From assembly GCA_011391595.1 (NCBI GenBank), contig JAABQG010000015.1, positions 702-64,701 on the forward strand: a DNA stretch of 64,000 nt. Reading direction: 5' to 3'. The notes beneath the pieces are model-generated. The model worked only from the letters and a program-made list of their open reading frames with translations, searched no databases and had not been told where the DNA came from. Source of the DNA: Hydrogenophaga sp. (lineage in GTDB: Bacteria; Pseudomonadota; Gammaproteobacteria; Burkholderiales; Burkholderiaceae_C). The translations under genes were made by a program, and so were the position numbers. This document shows positions 22,343 to 33,388 of this stretch, piece after piece (position 1 is the first letter of the stretch; every line of letters begins with the position of its first letter).

Positions 22343-25114
22343 TCAAGCCAGTTGACCGTGGCAGTGCTTGTACTTTTTCCCGCTGCCGCAAGGGCAAGGC
22401 TCGTTGCGACCCACCCGCGCAAAGGAAGCCGCAAGCGACGATGCCGCCGCGCCCGCACCCCGGGAGTCTTTTTCCACTTTGGTTTCCACCTCGCCCGTTT
22501 CCGTCGGCGCGGTATAGGTCACATTCACGATGTTTTCCGCGCGCTGCTCCAGCGCCTCCGCCGCCTGCTCGAGTTGCTCACCCGACTGCACCTTCACCGT
22601 CATCAGCACCTTGGTGACGTCGTTTTTCACCGAGTCCAGCAGTTGCCCGAAGAGTTCGAAGGCTTCGCGTTTGTATTCCTGCTTGGGCTGTTTTTGCGCA
22701 TACCCCCGCAGATGAATTCCTTGACGAAGGTAGTCGAGCGCGCTCAGGTGTTCCCGCCAATGCGTATCGATACTCTGCAGCAGAACAATCCGTTCGAACT
22801 GAGTGAAGTTCTCGCTGCCAATTTGCTCGACCTTGGCCGCAAACGCCAGGTTCGCAGCAGCCTGCACTTTCTCAACAATTTCATCTCCGGTAATCGCACT
22901 GGCGGCCTGTATTTCCTCGTGCAAAGGCAACTCAATCTGCCATTCACTGGCGAGTACCTTCTCCAGAGCCGGGATGTCCCATTGCTCCTCCACGGATTCC
23001 TGCGGCACATACTGATGCGCGAGGTCTGAAAAACAGCCCTCGCGCAGCGAAGCAATCTGGCCCGACAGGTCGCTGGCATCGAGGATATCGTTGCGCTGCT
23101 GATAGATCACCTTGCGCTGGTCATTGGAAACGTCGTCGTACTCCAGCAACTGTTTGCGGATGTCAAAGTTGCGCGCTTCAACCTTGCGCTGCGCACCCTC
23201 AATGCTGCGGGTCACGATGCCGGCCTCAATGGCCTCCCCATCCGGCATCTTCAAACGGTCCATGATCGCCCGCACCCGGTCGCCAGCGAAAATTCGCATC
23301 AGAGGATCATCAAGGCTCAGGTAAAAACGCGAAGAACCCGGATCGCCCTGACGTCCGGAGCGCCCACGCAGCTGATTGTCAATCCGTCGTGACTCATGCC
23401 GCTCGGTGGCGATGATTCTCAGCCCCCCTTGGCTGGTAACGAATTCATGCTCCTTTTTCCATTCTGCGCGCAACGAGGCAATCTTCGCCTGGCGGGTAGC
23501 CAGATCAAGTGATTCATCCGATTCGACGGCATCCACCAGCTTTTCAACGTTGCCTCCGAGCACAATGTCCGTGCCGCGACCGGCCATATTGGTCGCGATC
23601 GTGATCATTTTCGGACGGCCGGCCTGGGCCACGATGTCTGCTTCACGCGCATGCTGCTTTGCATTGAGCACCTGGTGCGGCAGTTTTTCCTTCTCGAGCA
23701 GTGTTGATATCAACTCGGAGTTTTCGATGGAGGTGGTCCCCACCAGAACCGGTTGCCCGCGTTCGAAACATTCACGGATATCCATGATTGCCGCTTCGTA
23801 CTTTTCCCGCGCGGTCTTGTAGACGCGATCGAGCTGGTCTTCGCGTCGACTGAGCCGGTTCGGCGGAATCACCACTGTTTCGAGACCGTAGATTTCCTGA
23901 AATTCGTACGCCTCGGTATCGGCCGTACCGGTCATGCCGCATAGCTTGGCATAGAGGCGAAAGTAGTTCTGGAAGGTGATGGAAGCCATCGTCTGGTTCT
24001 CAGCCTGGATGGCAACCCCTTCCTTCGCTTCGACCGCCTGGTGAAGGCCATCACTCCAGCGGCGTCCACTCATCAGTCGGCCGGTGAACTCGTCCACGAT
24101 GACAATCTCACCTTCCTGCACCACATAGTGCTGGTCGCGATGGTAGAGATGGTGTGCACGCAACGCGGCGTAGAGATGGTGCATCAAGGCAATATTGGCG
24201 GGATCGTACAGACTCGCACCTGCGGCAATCAGGCCGAACTCGGCAAGAATCCGCTCCGAGTTCTCGTGCCCCATCTCTGTCAGGAAAACCTGATGGGTCT
24301 TTTCGTCGAGCGTGAAGTCACCCGGCGTGACGATGCCCTCGCCTGTGCGGGGATCCGCCTCGCCTTCCTGACGCTTGAGGGAAGGAACAACACGGTTCAT
24401 GGCCTGATACATGGCCGTATGGTCTTCGGCCTGACCACTGATGATCAGCGGGGTGCGCGCCTCGTCGATCAGAATGGAGTCCACCTCGTCCACGATGGCG
24501 TAATTCAGTGGGCGCTGGACACGGTCCTGGGCCTCATAGACCATGTTGTCGCGCAGGTAATCAAAGCCGAATTCGTTGTTCGTCCCGTACGTGATGTCTG
24601 CCTGGTAGGCCGCCTGCTTTTCCTCGCGGGACATATTGGGCAGATTGACGCCCACCGTCATGCCCAGAAAGTTGTAGAGACGTCCCATCCATTGAGCGTC
24701 CCGATTGGCAAGATAGTCGTTGACGGTGACGACGTGCACGCCCTTGCCTGTCAGGGCATTCAGGTAAACCGGGAGTGTGGCGGTCAGCGTCTTTCCTTCG
24801 CCGGTGCCCATTTCCGATATTTTTCCGTTGTGTAGCGACATGCCGCCCATAAGTTGGACGTCAAAGTGGCGCATCTTCATGACCCTTTTGGAGCCTTCTC
24901 GCACGACGGCAAAAGCCTCGGGGAGCACCGCATCAAGCGCCTCTCCGGCGGCAACGCGCCCCTTGAGCTCCAGCGTCTTGCCACGCAACTGCTCGTCGCT
25001 AAGCCCTTCCAGTTGCGGCTCCATCGCATTGATGCGATCCGCTGTCTTGCGGAACTGCTTGAGCAGGCGATCATTTCGACTGCCGAAAATTTTGGTGAGG
25101 AGAGTGGTAGCCAT
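22343..25114 (-). CDS. secA: preprotein translocase ATPase SecA
   Basis: ATG 25114 ([20 protein letters not shown]; track start 25135 is TTG). C-terminal zinc finger [14 protein letters not shown]. Confidence 0.97.
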   Translation of the reverse strand: MATTLLTKIFGSRNDRLLKQFRKTADRINAMEPQLEGLSDEQLRGKTLELKGRVAAGEALDAVLPEAFAVVREGSKRVMKMRHFDVQLMGGMSLHNGKISEMGTGEGKTLTATLPVYLNALTGKGVHVVTVNDYLANRDAQWMGRLYNFLGMTVGVNLPNMSREEKQAAYQADITYGTNNEFGFDYLRDNMVYEAQDRVQRPLNYAIVDEVDSILIDEARTPLIISGQAEDHTAMYQAMNRVVPSLKRQEGEADPRTGEGIVTPGDFTLDEKTHQVFLTEMGHENSERILAEFGLIAAGASLYDPANIALMHHLYAALRAHHLYHRDQHYVVQEGEIVIVDEFTGRLMSGRRWSDGLHQAVEAKEGVAIQAENQTMASITFQNYFRLYAKLCGMTGTADTEAYEFQEIYGLETVVIPPNRLSRREDQLDRVYKTAREKYEAAIMDIRECFERGQPVLVGTTSIENSELISTLLEKEKLPHQVLNAKQHAREADIVAQAGRPKMITIATNMAGRGTDIVLGGNVEKLVDAVESDESLDLATRQAKIASLRAEWKKEHEFVTSQGGLRIIATERHESRRIDNQLRGRSGRQGDPGSSRFYLSLDDPLMRIFAGDRVRAIMDRLKMPDGEAIEAGIVTRSIEGAQRKVEARNFDIRKQLLEYDDVSNDQRKVIYQQRNDILDASDLSGQIASLREGCFSDLAHQYVPQESVEEQWDIPALEKVLASEWQIELPLHEEIQAASAITGDEIVEKVQAAANLAFAAKVEQIGSENFTQFERIVLLQSIDTHWREHLSALDYLRQGIHLRGYAQKQPKQEYKREAFELFGQLLDSVKNDVTKVLMTVKVQSGEQLEQAAEALEQRAENIVNVTYTAPTETGEVETKVEKDSRGAGAAASSLAASFARVGRNEPCPCGSGKKYKHCHGQLA

Positions 25115-25254
25115 GCATGCAGGTCCGCCCGACAAGCCCTTGACAGGCTCGCCGGACGACCGAAATCCCTAAGAAGTGTTGGATTCAGGTGGAGGCGCTT
25201 TTTTCGAATGCAACGACCGTTACGTCGTTGATTTCGATAGCGCAGGCAGGCATT

Positions 25255-26226
25255 TTACCTCTGCGGAGTGCGACGCGGGCCAACACTGGCTTTAGCCTGC
25301 GCAACTTCTGCAAGCGCCAGATTTTGCCCAGCGTTGAGGAACTTCTGCGGGTCCTGCTGAACGCCCTGGACAAGCACTTCAAAGTGGAGGTGAGAACCCG
25401 TCGAACGTCCCGTATTCCCCACCTCTGCGATCTTCTGGCCGCGTTTGATCAAGTCGCCCTTCTTCACGAAAACTCGTGATGCATGTGCATAGCGACTGAC
25501 CAATTCGTTGCCATGATCAATGTCAATCAAGTTGCCATACGCTGGATGGAACTCCTGCGTGACCACAACGCCACCGGCGGCCGACAAAATCGGCGTACCC
25601 GGATCAGCTGAAAAATCCAGCCCCGTGTGCAGTGCGGATCGCCCGGTGAAGGGATCAATACGCCATCCAAACGATGAGCCCAAGTCTGCATCAGATACCG
25701 GCTTCTGGGTAGGCACCATCAGCTTACGGATTTTCTGGTCGAACAACCTGGACTCCATGACGGTCAGCAGATCCGCGCGCTGAGTTCCCAGACTCTCCAA
25801 TTCAGACAGGGTCGCCCGTAAATCCTCCATTGACAGCGCGGGACCTGGTATCAGCACACCGCCACGTCCTGGCGCACTCTTGATTTCATTGGCACTCACG
25901 CCCGCAAGGCCGGAAACGCGCTCGCCCAATGCCTCAAGCTGCATCATCTTGGCCTGCATGTCCCCAACCTGACGCGCCATGGCGTCAAGATTCTCGCGCA
26001 GGAACCGGTCACGAAGTTCAATTTCGTCCTTCGCAATGAGCTTGACAAGTGGGCCCACGATGGGCCAACCCTCGCGGGCACCCTTGAGAAAGACCCAGTG
26101 ATACAGCCCCGCAGCGGTCAACATGAGGCTCAATGACAGTGCGAGGCCAGTCACCAGCAGCCTGGTTCCGGTCAGATGGATGGCACGGCTTCTGGCAAGC
26201 CACGCATCCGTGATAATCAAGTGCAT
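25255..26226 (-). CDS. M23 family metallopeptidase (LytM domain)
   Basis: HTGLDF...GNTGRSTGSHLHFEV; N-terminal TM segment. Start moved to ATG 26226 because track start 26265 would abut the divergent ORF. Confidence 0.88.
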   Translation of the reverse strand: MHLIITDAWLARSRAIHLTGTRLLVTGLALSLSLMLTAAGLYHWVFLKGAREGWPIVGPLVKLIAKDEIELRDRFLRENLDAMARQVGDMQAKMMQLEALGERVSGLAGVSANEIKSAPGRGGVLIPGPALSMEDLRATLSELESLGTQRADLLTVMESRLFDQKIRKLMVPTQKPVSDADLGSSFGWRIDPFTGRSALHTGLDFSADPGTPILSAAGGVVVTQEFHPAYGNLIDIDHGNELVSRYAHASRVFVKKGDLIKRGQKIAEVGNTGRSTGSHLHFEVLVQGVQQDPQKFLNAGQNLALAEVAQAKASVGPRRTPQR

Positions 26227-26264
26227 CGGGTTTCCCCCTCTTTGATAATGTCCGGTCCCAGCCA

Positions 26265-26594
26265 ATGAATCGCCGCCATCATGCCGTCTCGCTCATGCAG
26301 GCCGCAGAAGCAGCCCCCATGCTGGCGCAGCTTGCCGGGCTCGCCCGTGATTCCAGTGAACGTCTGAAGGCGGTCGAACCGCTCATTCCGCCCGCCTTGC
26401 GGCCGCATATCCAGGCTGGGCCGATCGACGGAGAAGCATGGTGCCTTCTTGTCAGCAGTTCCGCCGCGGCCGTCAAGCTGCGGCAACTGGTGCCCTCATT
26501 TGAAGCGGCGCTAAGAAACCGGGGCTGGGCCATCAAATCCATCCGGATCAAGGTTCACAGTCAGCCACAAACAAAGGGCCTTCGCACACCCTAG
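26265..26594 (+). CDS. DUF721 / DciA-like protein
   Basis: 109 aa. Size, position next to the M23-secA genes and pattern LMQAAEAAPMLAQLAGLARDS...AWCLLVSSSAAAVKLRQ resemble DUF721 proteins. Assignment is from memory, not a search. Confidence 0.6.
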   Translation: MNRRHHAVSLMQAAEAAPMLAQLAGLARDSSERLKAVEPLIPPALRPHIQAGPIDGEAWCLLVSSSAAAVKLRQLVPSFEAALRNRGWAIKSIRIKVHSQPQTKGLRTP

Positions 26595-26730
26595 CGACCT
26601 TTCCGTTCCATGCCGTTTTGCCCATCATGGCAGATACCCATGCCTGACCAATACCGGCGCAAGTTCCGCACCACCATCGCCATCTTGAAATGCCACCATC
26701 AAGACCGCCAGGAAAGTCGCCTTGATGAAA

Positions 26731-26806
26731 TGGTGCCGATTATCGGATTCGAACTGATGACCTACCGCTTACAAGGCGGTTGCTCTACCAACTGAGCTAA
26801 ATCGGC
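26731..26806 (-). tRNA. tRNA-Thr (anticodon TGT)
   Basis: Reverse complement GCCGATTTAGCTCAGTTGGTAGAGCAACCGCCTTGTAAGCGGTAGGTCATCAGTTCGAATCCGATAATCGGCACCA. Acceptor GCCGATT/AATCGGC; anticodon loop CTTGTAA. Confidence 0.9.
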
Positions 26807-26856
26807 GCTGCCCGTATTTTACCGGGTCAGAAAAACGCATCGGAACAAGCCGTGAG

Positions 26857-27363
26857 CTACTTGATGCGCTTGAGTGCAGGTCGTGGCCCCGAAGGAGGCT
26901 TGGGCTTGGGAGGCGTGACTCCATCATCTTCGCCTGCACCCTCCGCCTGCGCGGAGACCAACTGAACCACATTCGACTCACCGCTTGAAGACCCGTCAAG
27001 TGTGCCGGGTTGCAACGATGAGGTCGAAATCTCCGGCTGAACGGCGACGGGGAAAGCCATGCCCTGTCCGTTCTCGCGAGCGTAAATGGCGATGACCTTG
27101 GAGACGGGAACCATGATCTCCCGGGGTGTTCCCGCGAAACGTGCCTTGAATTCAATAAACTCATTGCCGAGTTTGAGGGAACTGGTCGCGTCAAAGCTGA
27201 TGTTCAGAACGATCTCACCATCCTTGACATACTCGCGCGGCACGCGTACCGAATCGTCCACCAGCACGGCCACGTAGGGCGTGAAGCCATTGTCGGTGCA
27301 CCACTCATAGAGCGCCCGTATCAGATAAGGGCGGGTCGATGTTGAGTCTAGCGCGTTCATCAT
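26857..27363 (-). CDS. sspB: ClpXP adaptor / stringent starvation protein B
   Basis: ATG 27363 (MMNALDSTSTRPYLIRALYEWCTDNGFTPY); acidic, disordered C-terminal tail; downstream of sspA. Confidence 0.9.
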   Translation of the reverse strand: MMNALDSTSTRPYLIRALYEWCTDNGFTPYVAVLVDDSVRVPREYVKDGEIVLNISFDATSSLKLGNEFIEFKARFAGTPREIMVPVSKVIAIYARENGQGMAFPVAVQPEISTSSLQPGTLDGSSSGESNVVQLVSAQAEGAGEDDGVTPPKPKPPSGPRPALKRIK

Positions 27364-27382
27364 CAGCAAGCCTGTGGTGAAA

Positions 27383-27994
27383 CTACTTGCGCATGACCTT
27401 CTCGGACGGTGTCAGTGCTTCGATATAAGCCGGGCGGGAAAAGATTCGTTCAGCATACTTGAGCAAGGGGGCTGCATTCTTGCTCAGATCGATGCCGTAG
27501 TAGTCCAGTCGCCACAACAACGGGGCGATCGCGACGTCGAGCATCGAAAAGCCATCCCCCAGCATGTATTTGTTCTTCAGGAAAACCGGTGCCAATTGCG
27601 TCAGTCGGTCACGAATGTGGGCCCGAGCTTTATCCAATGCCTTGTCGTTCCCTTTGGTCGCCCGGTTTTCAAGCGTTGAGACATGGACGAAGAGTTCCTT
27701 TTCGAAATTCAACAGGAACAACCGTACACGGGCCCGATCCACAGGGTCACCGGGCATCAGTTGAGGGTGTGGGAAGCGCTCGTCAATGTACTCGTTGATG
27801 ATATTGGATTCGTAGAGGATCAGGTCCCGCTCGACCAGGATAGGCACCTGACCGTAGGGGTTCATCACATTGATATCTTCGGGCTTGTTGTACAGATCAA
27901 CATCGCGAATCTCGAAGTCCATCCCCTTCTCGAACAGCACGAACCGGCAGCGGTGGGAAAACGGACAGGTGGTTCCTGAATACAGCACCATCAT
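27383..27994 (-). CDS. sspA: stringent starvation protein A (GST-like)
   Basis: 203 aa; MMVLYSGTTCPFSHRCRFVLFEKG. Confidence 0.93.
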   Translation of the reverse strand: MMVLYSGTTCPFSHRCRFVLFEKGMDFEIRDVDLYNKPEDINVMNPYGQVPILVERDLILYESNIINEYIDERFPHPQLMPGDPVDRARVRLFLLNFEKELFVHVSTLENRATKGNDKALDKARAHIRDRLTQLAPVFLKNKYMLGDGFSMLDVAIAPLLWRLDYYGIDLSKNAAPLLKYAERIFSRPAYIEALTPSEKVMRK

Positions 27995-28060
27995 GGCGGA
28001 GACTCCTAAAAATCAAAAAGAGTGGAATGCCGCCAAGGCCCTGCCCGGCACAAACCACTC

Positions 28061-28085
28061 CAAATAATCCAGGCCGATGGCCTGG
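28061..28085 (-). terminator. rho-independent terminator after petC
   Basis: Minus strand CCAGGCCatcGGCCTGG followed by attatttgg, 13 nt after the petC stop. Confidence 0.6.
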
Positions 28086-28097
28086 AATTCGTTGTGC

Positions 28098-28862
28098 TTA
28101 CTTGATATCTTTCCAGTAAGCCGCGTTCAATCGCCACGTCAGGAAAGTGAACAGGCCCAGGAAAATAAGCACCCAGACACCCACACGCACACGCGTATTC
28201 TGGGCAGGTTCTCCCATCCACTGAAGGAAATTCACCAGGTCACCGACGGTCTGGTCGTACTGGATCTGTGTCATCGTGCCAGGACTGACCTGCTCCCAGC
28301 CCTTGAGAATCTTCACGGCGTGTCCGTGCTCTTGCCTCTCCTCGAAGACCGGCTTGCGCTCCCCCTGCAGTTCCCACAAGACGTGGGGCATGGCAACATT
28401 GGGAAAAGTCAGGTTGTTCCATCCGGTGACTTTGGTGTCATCGCGATAGAAAGTCCGCATATAGGTGTACAGATAGTCTGCGCCGCTACCGCCCGGCCCT
28501 GAGCGCGACCGTGCAATCAGAGTCAAGTCGGGCGGATTGGCGCCAAACCATTCCTTGGCCTGTTTCGGATCGATCGCCGCCTTCATGGTTTCGCCCACCT
28601 TTTCAGTGGTGAACAGGAGGTTGTCCTTGATCTGTTTTTCGGTCAGGCCGATGTCTGTCAGGCGGTTAAACCGCATGAAGGCTGCTGAATGGCAGTTCAG
28701 GCAATAGTTGACGAAAACCTTGGCGCCATTCTGAAGCGAGGCCAGGTCAGTGGTCTTGCCCGGTGCCTTGTCCAGGACGGCACCGCCAGAGGCCGCATGG
28801 GCTCCCGTCGCCAGAACCAAAACCATCACCAGACCGGTAGCCAGTTGCTTGATATTTTTCAT
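28098..28862 (-). CDS. petC: cytochrome c1 (ubiquinol-cytochrome c reductase)
   Basis: 254 aa; signal peptide; heme site CLNCHS; C-terminal TM anchor. Confidence 0.93.
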   Translation of the reverse strand: MKNIKQLATGLVMVLVLATGAHAASGGAVLDKAPGKTTDLASLQNGAKVFVNYCLNCHSAAFMRFNRLTDIGLTEKQIKDNLLFTTEKVGETMKAAIDPKQAKEWFGANPPDLTLIARSRSGPGGSGADYLYTYMRTFYRDDTKVTGWNNLTFPNVAMPHVLWELQGERKPVFEERQEHGHAVKILKGWEQVSPGTMTQIQYDQTVGDLVNFLQWMGEPAQNTRVRVGVWVLIFLGLFTFLTWRLNAAYWKDIK

Positions 28863-28879
28863 GGTTGACAGTCTCCAGC

Positions 28880-30280
28880 TTAGTGCGCGGTAAAGGTCAC
28901 GCGACTAGGTACTGGCTTAAAGGTACCAAGACGACTCCACCAAGGCATCAGAATAAAAAAGCCAAAGTAGAACAAGGTGCCCGCCTGGGAAATACGCCCG
29001 GCAATTTCAGACACAGGCTGCGTTCCCAGGTAGCCAATCACGAAGAAATTGATGACAAAGGCCGCATAAAGGTACTTGTGCCATGTTGGGCGATAGCGGA
29101 TTGACTTGACCGGGCTGTTGTCCAGCCATGGCAGGAAGAACAGGATCACGACACCGCCGCCCATGGCCACCACGCCCCAGAACTTGGCGTCAATGGCCAT
29201 CATCATCGCGACGACAGCAAGCGCCGCACCGACGATCAAGCCCTTGAACAAAGCCGGTATCTTTGCTTTCGCCACCGCCAGAGCCGTACCCACCACCACA
29301 CAGGCGATCAGCACGTACATCATTTCACTCGTCACTGCGCGCAGCAAAGTGTAGAAAGGAGTGAAATACCAGACCGGCGCGATGTGAAGCGGCGTCTGGA
29401 AAGGGTCTGCCGGAATGAAGTTGTTGTACTCGAGAAAATACCCCCCCATCTCCGGCGCAAAGAAGACGATGGCGGTAAATACAAACAGGAACATGCTGAC
29501 TGCGAAGATGTCGTGCACGGAGTAATAGGGATGAAAAGGGATGCCATCCAGCGGGACACCATCCGGACCTTTGTTGGCCTTGATTTCAATACCGTCGGGG
29601 TTGTTCGAGCCCACTTCATGCAGCGCAATGATGTGCGCGACCACCAGGCCCAGCAGGACCAATGGCACGGCAATCACGTGGAAGGCGAAGAAGCGATTCA
29701 GCGTGGCGTCGCCAACGACGAAATCGCCGCGAATCAGAAGCGCCAGATCCGGGCCGATAAAAGGAATGGCCGAGAACAGGTTGACAATCACCTGGGCACC
29801 CCAGAATGACATTTGACCCCAGGGCAGCAGGTAGCCCATGAAGGCTTCCGCCATCAGCGCCAGGAAAATGGCACAGCCGAACAGCCAGACCAGTTCGCGC
29901 GGCTTGCGGTAGCTTCCATACATCAAGCCGCGGAACATGTGCAGGTACACCACCACGAAGAATGCCGACGCGCCGGTGGAGTGCATGTAGCGAATCAGCC
30001 AACCCCACGGGACATCGCGCATGATGTACTCGACAGATCCAAAGGCCAGCGCAGCATCGGGCTTGTAGTGCATCACCAGAAAGATGCCGGTGACGATCTG
30101 GATCACCAGCACCAGAAGCGAGAGGGATCCGAAGATGTACCAGATATTGAAATTTTTTGGCGCGTAGTACTCACTCATGTGCTCTTTGAAGAGCTTGGTC
30201 GCCGGGAATCGGTTGTCGACCCAGTTCATGAGTTTCTCGCCACCGTTGGCGTTGGGGGAAATTTCCTTGAATTCAGCCAT
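28880..30280 (-). CDS. petB: cytochrome b
   Basis: ATG 30280 preceded by GGAGGA SD; multi-TM cytochrome b (WNFGSL-type region IWYIFGSLSLL). Confidence 0.95.
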   Translation of the reverse strand: MAEFKEISPNANGGEKLMNWVDNRFPATKLFKEHMSEYYAPKNFNIWYIFGSLSLLVLVIQIVTGIFLVMHYKPDAALAFGSVEYIMRDVPWGWLIRYMHSTGASAFFVVVYLHMFRGLMYGSYRKPRELVWLFGCAIFLALMAEAFMGYLLPWGQMSFWGAQVIVNLFSAIPFIGPDLALLIRGDFVVGDATLNRFFAFHVIAVPLVLLGLVVAHIIALHEVGSNNPDGIEIKANKGPDGVPLDGIPFHPYYSVHDIFAVSMFLFVFTAIVFFAPEMGGYFLEYNNFIPADPFQTPLHIAPVWYFTPFYTLLRAVTSEMMYVLIACVVVGTALAVAKAKIPALFKGLIVGAALAVVAMMMAIDAKFWGVVAMGGGVVILFFLPWLDNSPVKSIRYRPTWHKYLYAAFVINFFVIGYLGTQPVSEIAGRISQAGTLFYFGFFILMPWWSRLGTFKPVPSRVTFTAH

Positions 30281-30291
30281 GGTCGTCCTCC

Positions 30292-30888
30292 TCAAGCCTT
30301 CTTGTCTTCACCGATCAGCAGCTTGCTGTCAGAGAGGAACATATAGGGGGGCACTTCCAGATTATCGGGTGCGGGCACGTTCTTGAAGACCCGACCGGCC
30401 ATATCGAAAGTGGAGCCGTGACAGGGGCAGAAGAAGCCACCTTGCCAGTCGTCCGGCAACGACGGTTGAGGTCCGGGATTGAACTTGTCAGAAGGTGAAC
30501 AACCCAGGTGCGTGCAGATGCCCACGGCGACGAAGATTTCGGGCTTGCGCGAACGCCAGCCATTGCGCGCATATTCCGGCGTCTCACTCGGCTTGCGCAG
30601 GGACAGAGGGTCCGCCAACTGTGGGTCAAGTTTGGGCAGCGCGGCCAGTTGTTCGGGCGTGCGGCGCACGATCCATACCGGCTTGCCGCGCCATTCCACG
30701 GTGAGCTTTTCGCCCGGTTTGATTCCAGAAATGTCCGCTTCCACGGCCGCGCCAGCCGCCTTGGCTTTTTCGGACGGCAGCATGCTGCTGACAAAGGGGA
30801 CGGCGGCAGCGATACCGCCTACGGCGCCGGCGCATCCGGACGCGATGATCCACGTCCGTTTGCTGTTGTTGATTGGGGTGTCACTCAT
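30292..30888 (-). CDS. petA: ubiquinol-cytochrome c reductase Rieske iron-sulfur subunit
   Basis: ATG 30888 (MSDTPINNSKRTWIIASG). Rieske motifs CTHLGC and CPCHGS. Confidence 0.95.
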   Translation of the reverse strand: MSDTPINNSKRTWIIASGCAGAVGGIAAAVPFVSSMLPSEKAKAAGAAVEADISGIKPGEKLTVEWRGKPVWIVRRTPEQLAALPKLDPQLADPLSLRKPSETPEYARNGWRSRKPEIFVAVGICTHLGCSPSDKFNPGPQPSLPDDWQGGFFCPCHGSTFDMAGRVFKNVPAPDNLEVPPYMFLSDSKLLIGEDKKA

Positions 30889-30989
30889 GGGAATCCTCAA
30901 GAATGCGTTCTGTATCAGGGTCAACCCGTGATTGTAGCTGACCGCATCGGCCATTTCAGGGCTTTTCCGGTGCCAGCCACGGCGGGCAC

Positions 30990-31017
30990 TTGACATTCGG
31001 GCCTCCTCATGAATACT
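30990..31017 (+). promoter_or_regulatory. candidate sigma70 promoter for mscL (TTGACA-N16-AATACT)
   Basis: TTGACA at 30990-30995 and AATACT at 31012-31017, about 33 nt upstream of ATG 31050. Confidence 0.4.
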
Positions 31018-31049
31018 TGACCGCTTCTACAAAAAGCGGAGTGCTCACG

Positions 31050-31472
31050 ATGGGAATGATGTCTGAATTCAAGGAGTTCGCGGTCAAGGGCAATGTGATG
31101 GACCTTGCCGTTGGCGTGATCATCGGCGGCGCCTTCGGCAAGATTGTCGATTCCGTCGTGACGGACCTGATCATGCCGCTGGTGGGTGCTATTTTTGGCA
31201 AGCTGGATTTCTCCAACCTGTTTGTGGTGCTGGGCAACGTCCCCGCCGGCACGGGAACCACGCTGGATGCGCTCAAGAAAGCGGGGATACCTGTCTTCGC
31301 ATACGGCAACTTCATCACTGTCGCGGTCAACTTTGCAATCCTTGCATTCATCATTTTCATGATGGTCAAACAAATCAACCGACTGAAAAAAGAGGCTCCG
31401 CCCGCCGCACCGGCCCCGACGCCGGAAGACGTGTTGCTGTTGAGGGAAATCCGCGACAACCTCAGGAAGTAG
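31050..31472 (+). CDS. mscL: large-conductance mechanosensitive channel
   Basis: ATG 31050; [33 protein letters not shown]. Confidence 0.95.
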   Translation: MGMMSEFKEFAVKGNVMDLAVGVIIGGAFGKIVDSVVTDLIMPLVGAIFGKLDFSNLFVVLGNVPAGTGTTLDALKKAGIPVFAYGNFITVAVNFAILAFIIFMMVKQINRLKKEAPPAAPAPTPEDVLLLREIRDNLRK

Positions 31473-31505
31473 TTCCCGACGGCTACCGGCTTTTTCGTCG
31501 GTCTG

Positions 31506-31535
31506 GCCCGCCCCTCTTAGGGAGGCGGGCTTTTT
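31506..31535 (+). terminator. rho-independent terminator after mscL (abuts the convergent pdxA stop)
   Basis: GCCCGCCCCTcttaGGGAGGCGGGC followed by ttttt. Confidence 0.75.
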
Positions 31536-32593
31536 CATGCCTTCAGCTGACGCGCCATGTGGATGGCCTGGATCAGGCTTGAAGGGTCAGCGCGTCCCGT
31601 GCCTGCAATATCAAACGCCGTGCCGTGGTCCGGACTGGTGCGCACCAGGGGCAACCCCAATGTGACGTTCACGCCTTGTTCGACACCGTGGTATTTGACG
31701 GGAATCAGCCCCTGGTCGTGGTACATCGCGACCACCACATCAAACTCCCCCGGATGCCCCGGGGTGGCGCGCGCCCGCATGAACACAGTGTCAGGGGCAA
31801 ACGGGCCGTAAACATCCATTCCCGCGCCGCGTGCTGCCGCAACGGCGGGCGCAAGGATGTCGATCTCTTCACGGCCAAACAGGCCGCCTTCACCCGCATG
31901 CGGGTTGAGTCCGGCCAGACCGATCCGTGGCACCCGCTGCAGTACGGCACCCACTGATTCGTGCGTGATGTGCACAGTCTGCAAGACATTTTCGAAAGTG
32001 ACCGCCTCGATCGCGTCGCGCAACGAGACATGAATGCTTACCAGCACCGTGCGCAGCTCGTCGTTGGCCAGCATCATTCGAACGGGAACTTCCGCCAGGG
32101 ACTTGCCCAAGAAAGCGGCGGCCTCGGCCTGCAACAGCTCCGTATGCCCGGGAAACGGCACGCCGGCACTCTTCAGGGCTTCCTTGTGCAATGGCGCCGT
32201 CACCAGCGCGGCAATCTCGCCGCGCAGGGCCGCCCGGGCCGCCCACACCACGCATTGCGCGGCGATTTTTCCAGCCAAACCGCTGACTTTCCCGAAGCCG
32301 ACCAGTGGCGCAGGCGGCGGCACCTGAAGCACCGGAATACAGCGGGGCGGCACGGTCAGTGCCTCGTCGGGTGATTCAATCAATGCGACCGGCACACCCG
32401 GCTGTCCCGGGCCACTGATGCATGCCACCGCGCGACGCAGTGTGGCCACGTCGCCAGCGACGAAGCAGCCGGCGGTGGCGGCGGGCGCATCGCGGAAAGC
32501 CTTGGCGATGATCTCCGGTCCAATGCCGGCAGGATCACCCTGGGTGATGGCGATGGGCCGTACCGTCGAGGTGGAGACTGGGGTATTGAGCAT
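31535..32593 (-). CDS. pdxA: 4-hydroxythreonine-4-phosphate dehydrogenase
   Basis: 352 aa; GDPAGIGPEI and DHGTAFDIAGTG motifs. Confidence 0.92.
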   Translation of the reverse strand: MLNTPVSTSTVRPIAITQGDPAGIGPEIIAKAFRDAPAATAGCFVAGDVATLRRAVACISGPGQPGVPVALIESPDEALTVPPRCIPVLQVPPPAPLVGFGKVSGLAGKIAAQCVVWAARAALRGEIAALVTAPLHKEALKSAGVPFPGHTELLQAEAAAFLGKSLAEVPVRMMLANDELRTVLVSIHVSLRDAIEAVTFENVLQTVHITHESVGAVLQRVPRIGLAGLNPHAGEGGLFGREEIDILAPAVAAARGAGMDVYGPFAPDTVFMRARATPGHPGEFDVVVAMYHDQGLIPVKYHGVEQGVNVTLGLPLVRTSPDHGTAFDIAGTGRADPSSLIQAIHMARQLKA

Positions 32594-33388
32594 TCAGGCG
32601 GGGTTCTCGATGTCAATGAACGCGTGGGAGAGTCCGAGTTGCGCCGCCACGTGGCCCGCGACGGCAGGCGCGCCATAGCGTTCGGTCGCATGGTGCCCGC
32701 AAGCAAGGAAGCTCACGCCACATTCCCGTGCTAGATGCGCCTGGGGTTCGGAAATTTCGCCCGTGATGAAGGCTTGGGCGCCCGAAGCGATGGCGGCCTC
32801 GAAATAGCCCTGCGCTCCCCCACTGCACCAAGCCACTCTTTTGATCGCATCCTGCGAGCCAATGACGCTGACAACCGGTCGGCGGAGCCTTTTTTCCAGA
32901 TGGCTCGCCAGCGTCTGCGCCGTGACGGGCTCCCGCCCATCCGTCCAGCCTCCCAGAAAACCAAGATCCTGATCGCCGAAACGTCCTTCCGCACTCAAAC
33001 CCAGGACGTCACCCAGTTGGGCGTTATTCCCCAGCACTGGATGTGCGTCCAGCGGAAGGTGGTAGGCGAAAAGGTTGATATCGTGCGCCAGCAACAGGGC
33101 CAGGCGCTGCTTCATCCAACCGGTGACACGCCCGTCCTGCCCGCGCCAGAACAGGCCATGGTGGACAAAGACCGCGTCGGCCTGGGCCGCAATCGCCGCC
33201 TCAATCAACGCCCTGCTGGCAGTGACACCCGAAACGATCTTGCGGATGAAAGGCTTGCCCTCCACCTGAAGGCCGTTGGGGCCGTAATCCTTGAAGCGCT
33301 CGGGTTGCAGTAGCACGTCAAATGCCTGCAGCACCTCTTCGCGGGCAATGCCTGCACGGGGCGACTCGGGGCTCGGATCGGAACTCAT
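32594..33388 (-). CDS. Nif3-like dinuclear metal centre protein (GTP cyclohydrolase 1 type 2 homologue)
   Basis: 264 aa NIF3/YbgI family (VFVHHGLFW, ACGHHATE). Directly abuts the pdxA start. Confidence 0.85.
   Translation of the reverse strand: MSSDPSPESPRAGIAREEVLQAFDVLLQPERFKDYGPNGLQVEGKPFIRKIVSGVTASRALIEAAIAAQADAVFVHHGLFWRGQDGRVTGWMKQRLALLLAHDINLFAYHLPLDAHPVLGNNAQLGDVLGLSAEGRFGDQDLGFLGGWTDGREPVTAQTLASHLEKRLRRPVVSVIGSQDAIKRVAWCSGGAQGYFEAAIASGAQAFITGEISEPQAHLARECGVSFLACGHHATERYGAPAVAGHVAAQLGLSHAFIDIENPA

Noticed and set aside
25211-25230. 7-bp hairpin CAACGAC-cgttac-GTCGTTG flanked by ttcgaa/tttcga, between the M23 peptidase gene and secA
   Set aside because: There is no U-run on the transcribed (minus) strand, so it is not a classical terminator, and it has no similarity to known secA leader elements. 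Too little evidence to call a function.
26227-26264. Only 38 bp separate the divergent M23 peptidase and DUF721 genes; considered as an unusual shared regulatory region
   Set aside because: The spacing depends on my choice of start codons, and the promoters may lie within coding sequence. Nothing distinctive is visible in the 38 bp.
26610-26795. 61-aa ORF between the DUF721 gene and sspB
   Set aside because: Its 3' half is the reverse strand of tRNA-Thr, so it is a spurious ORF.
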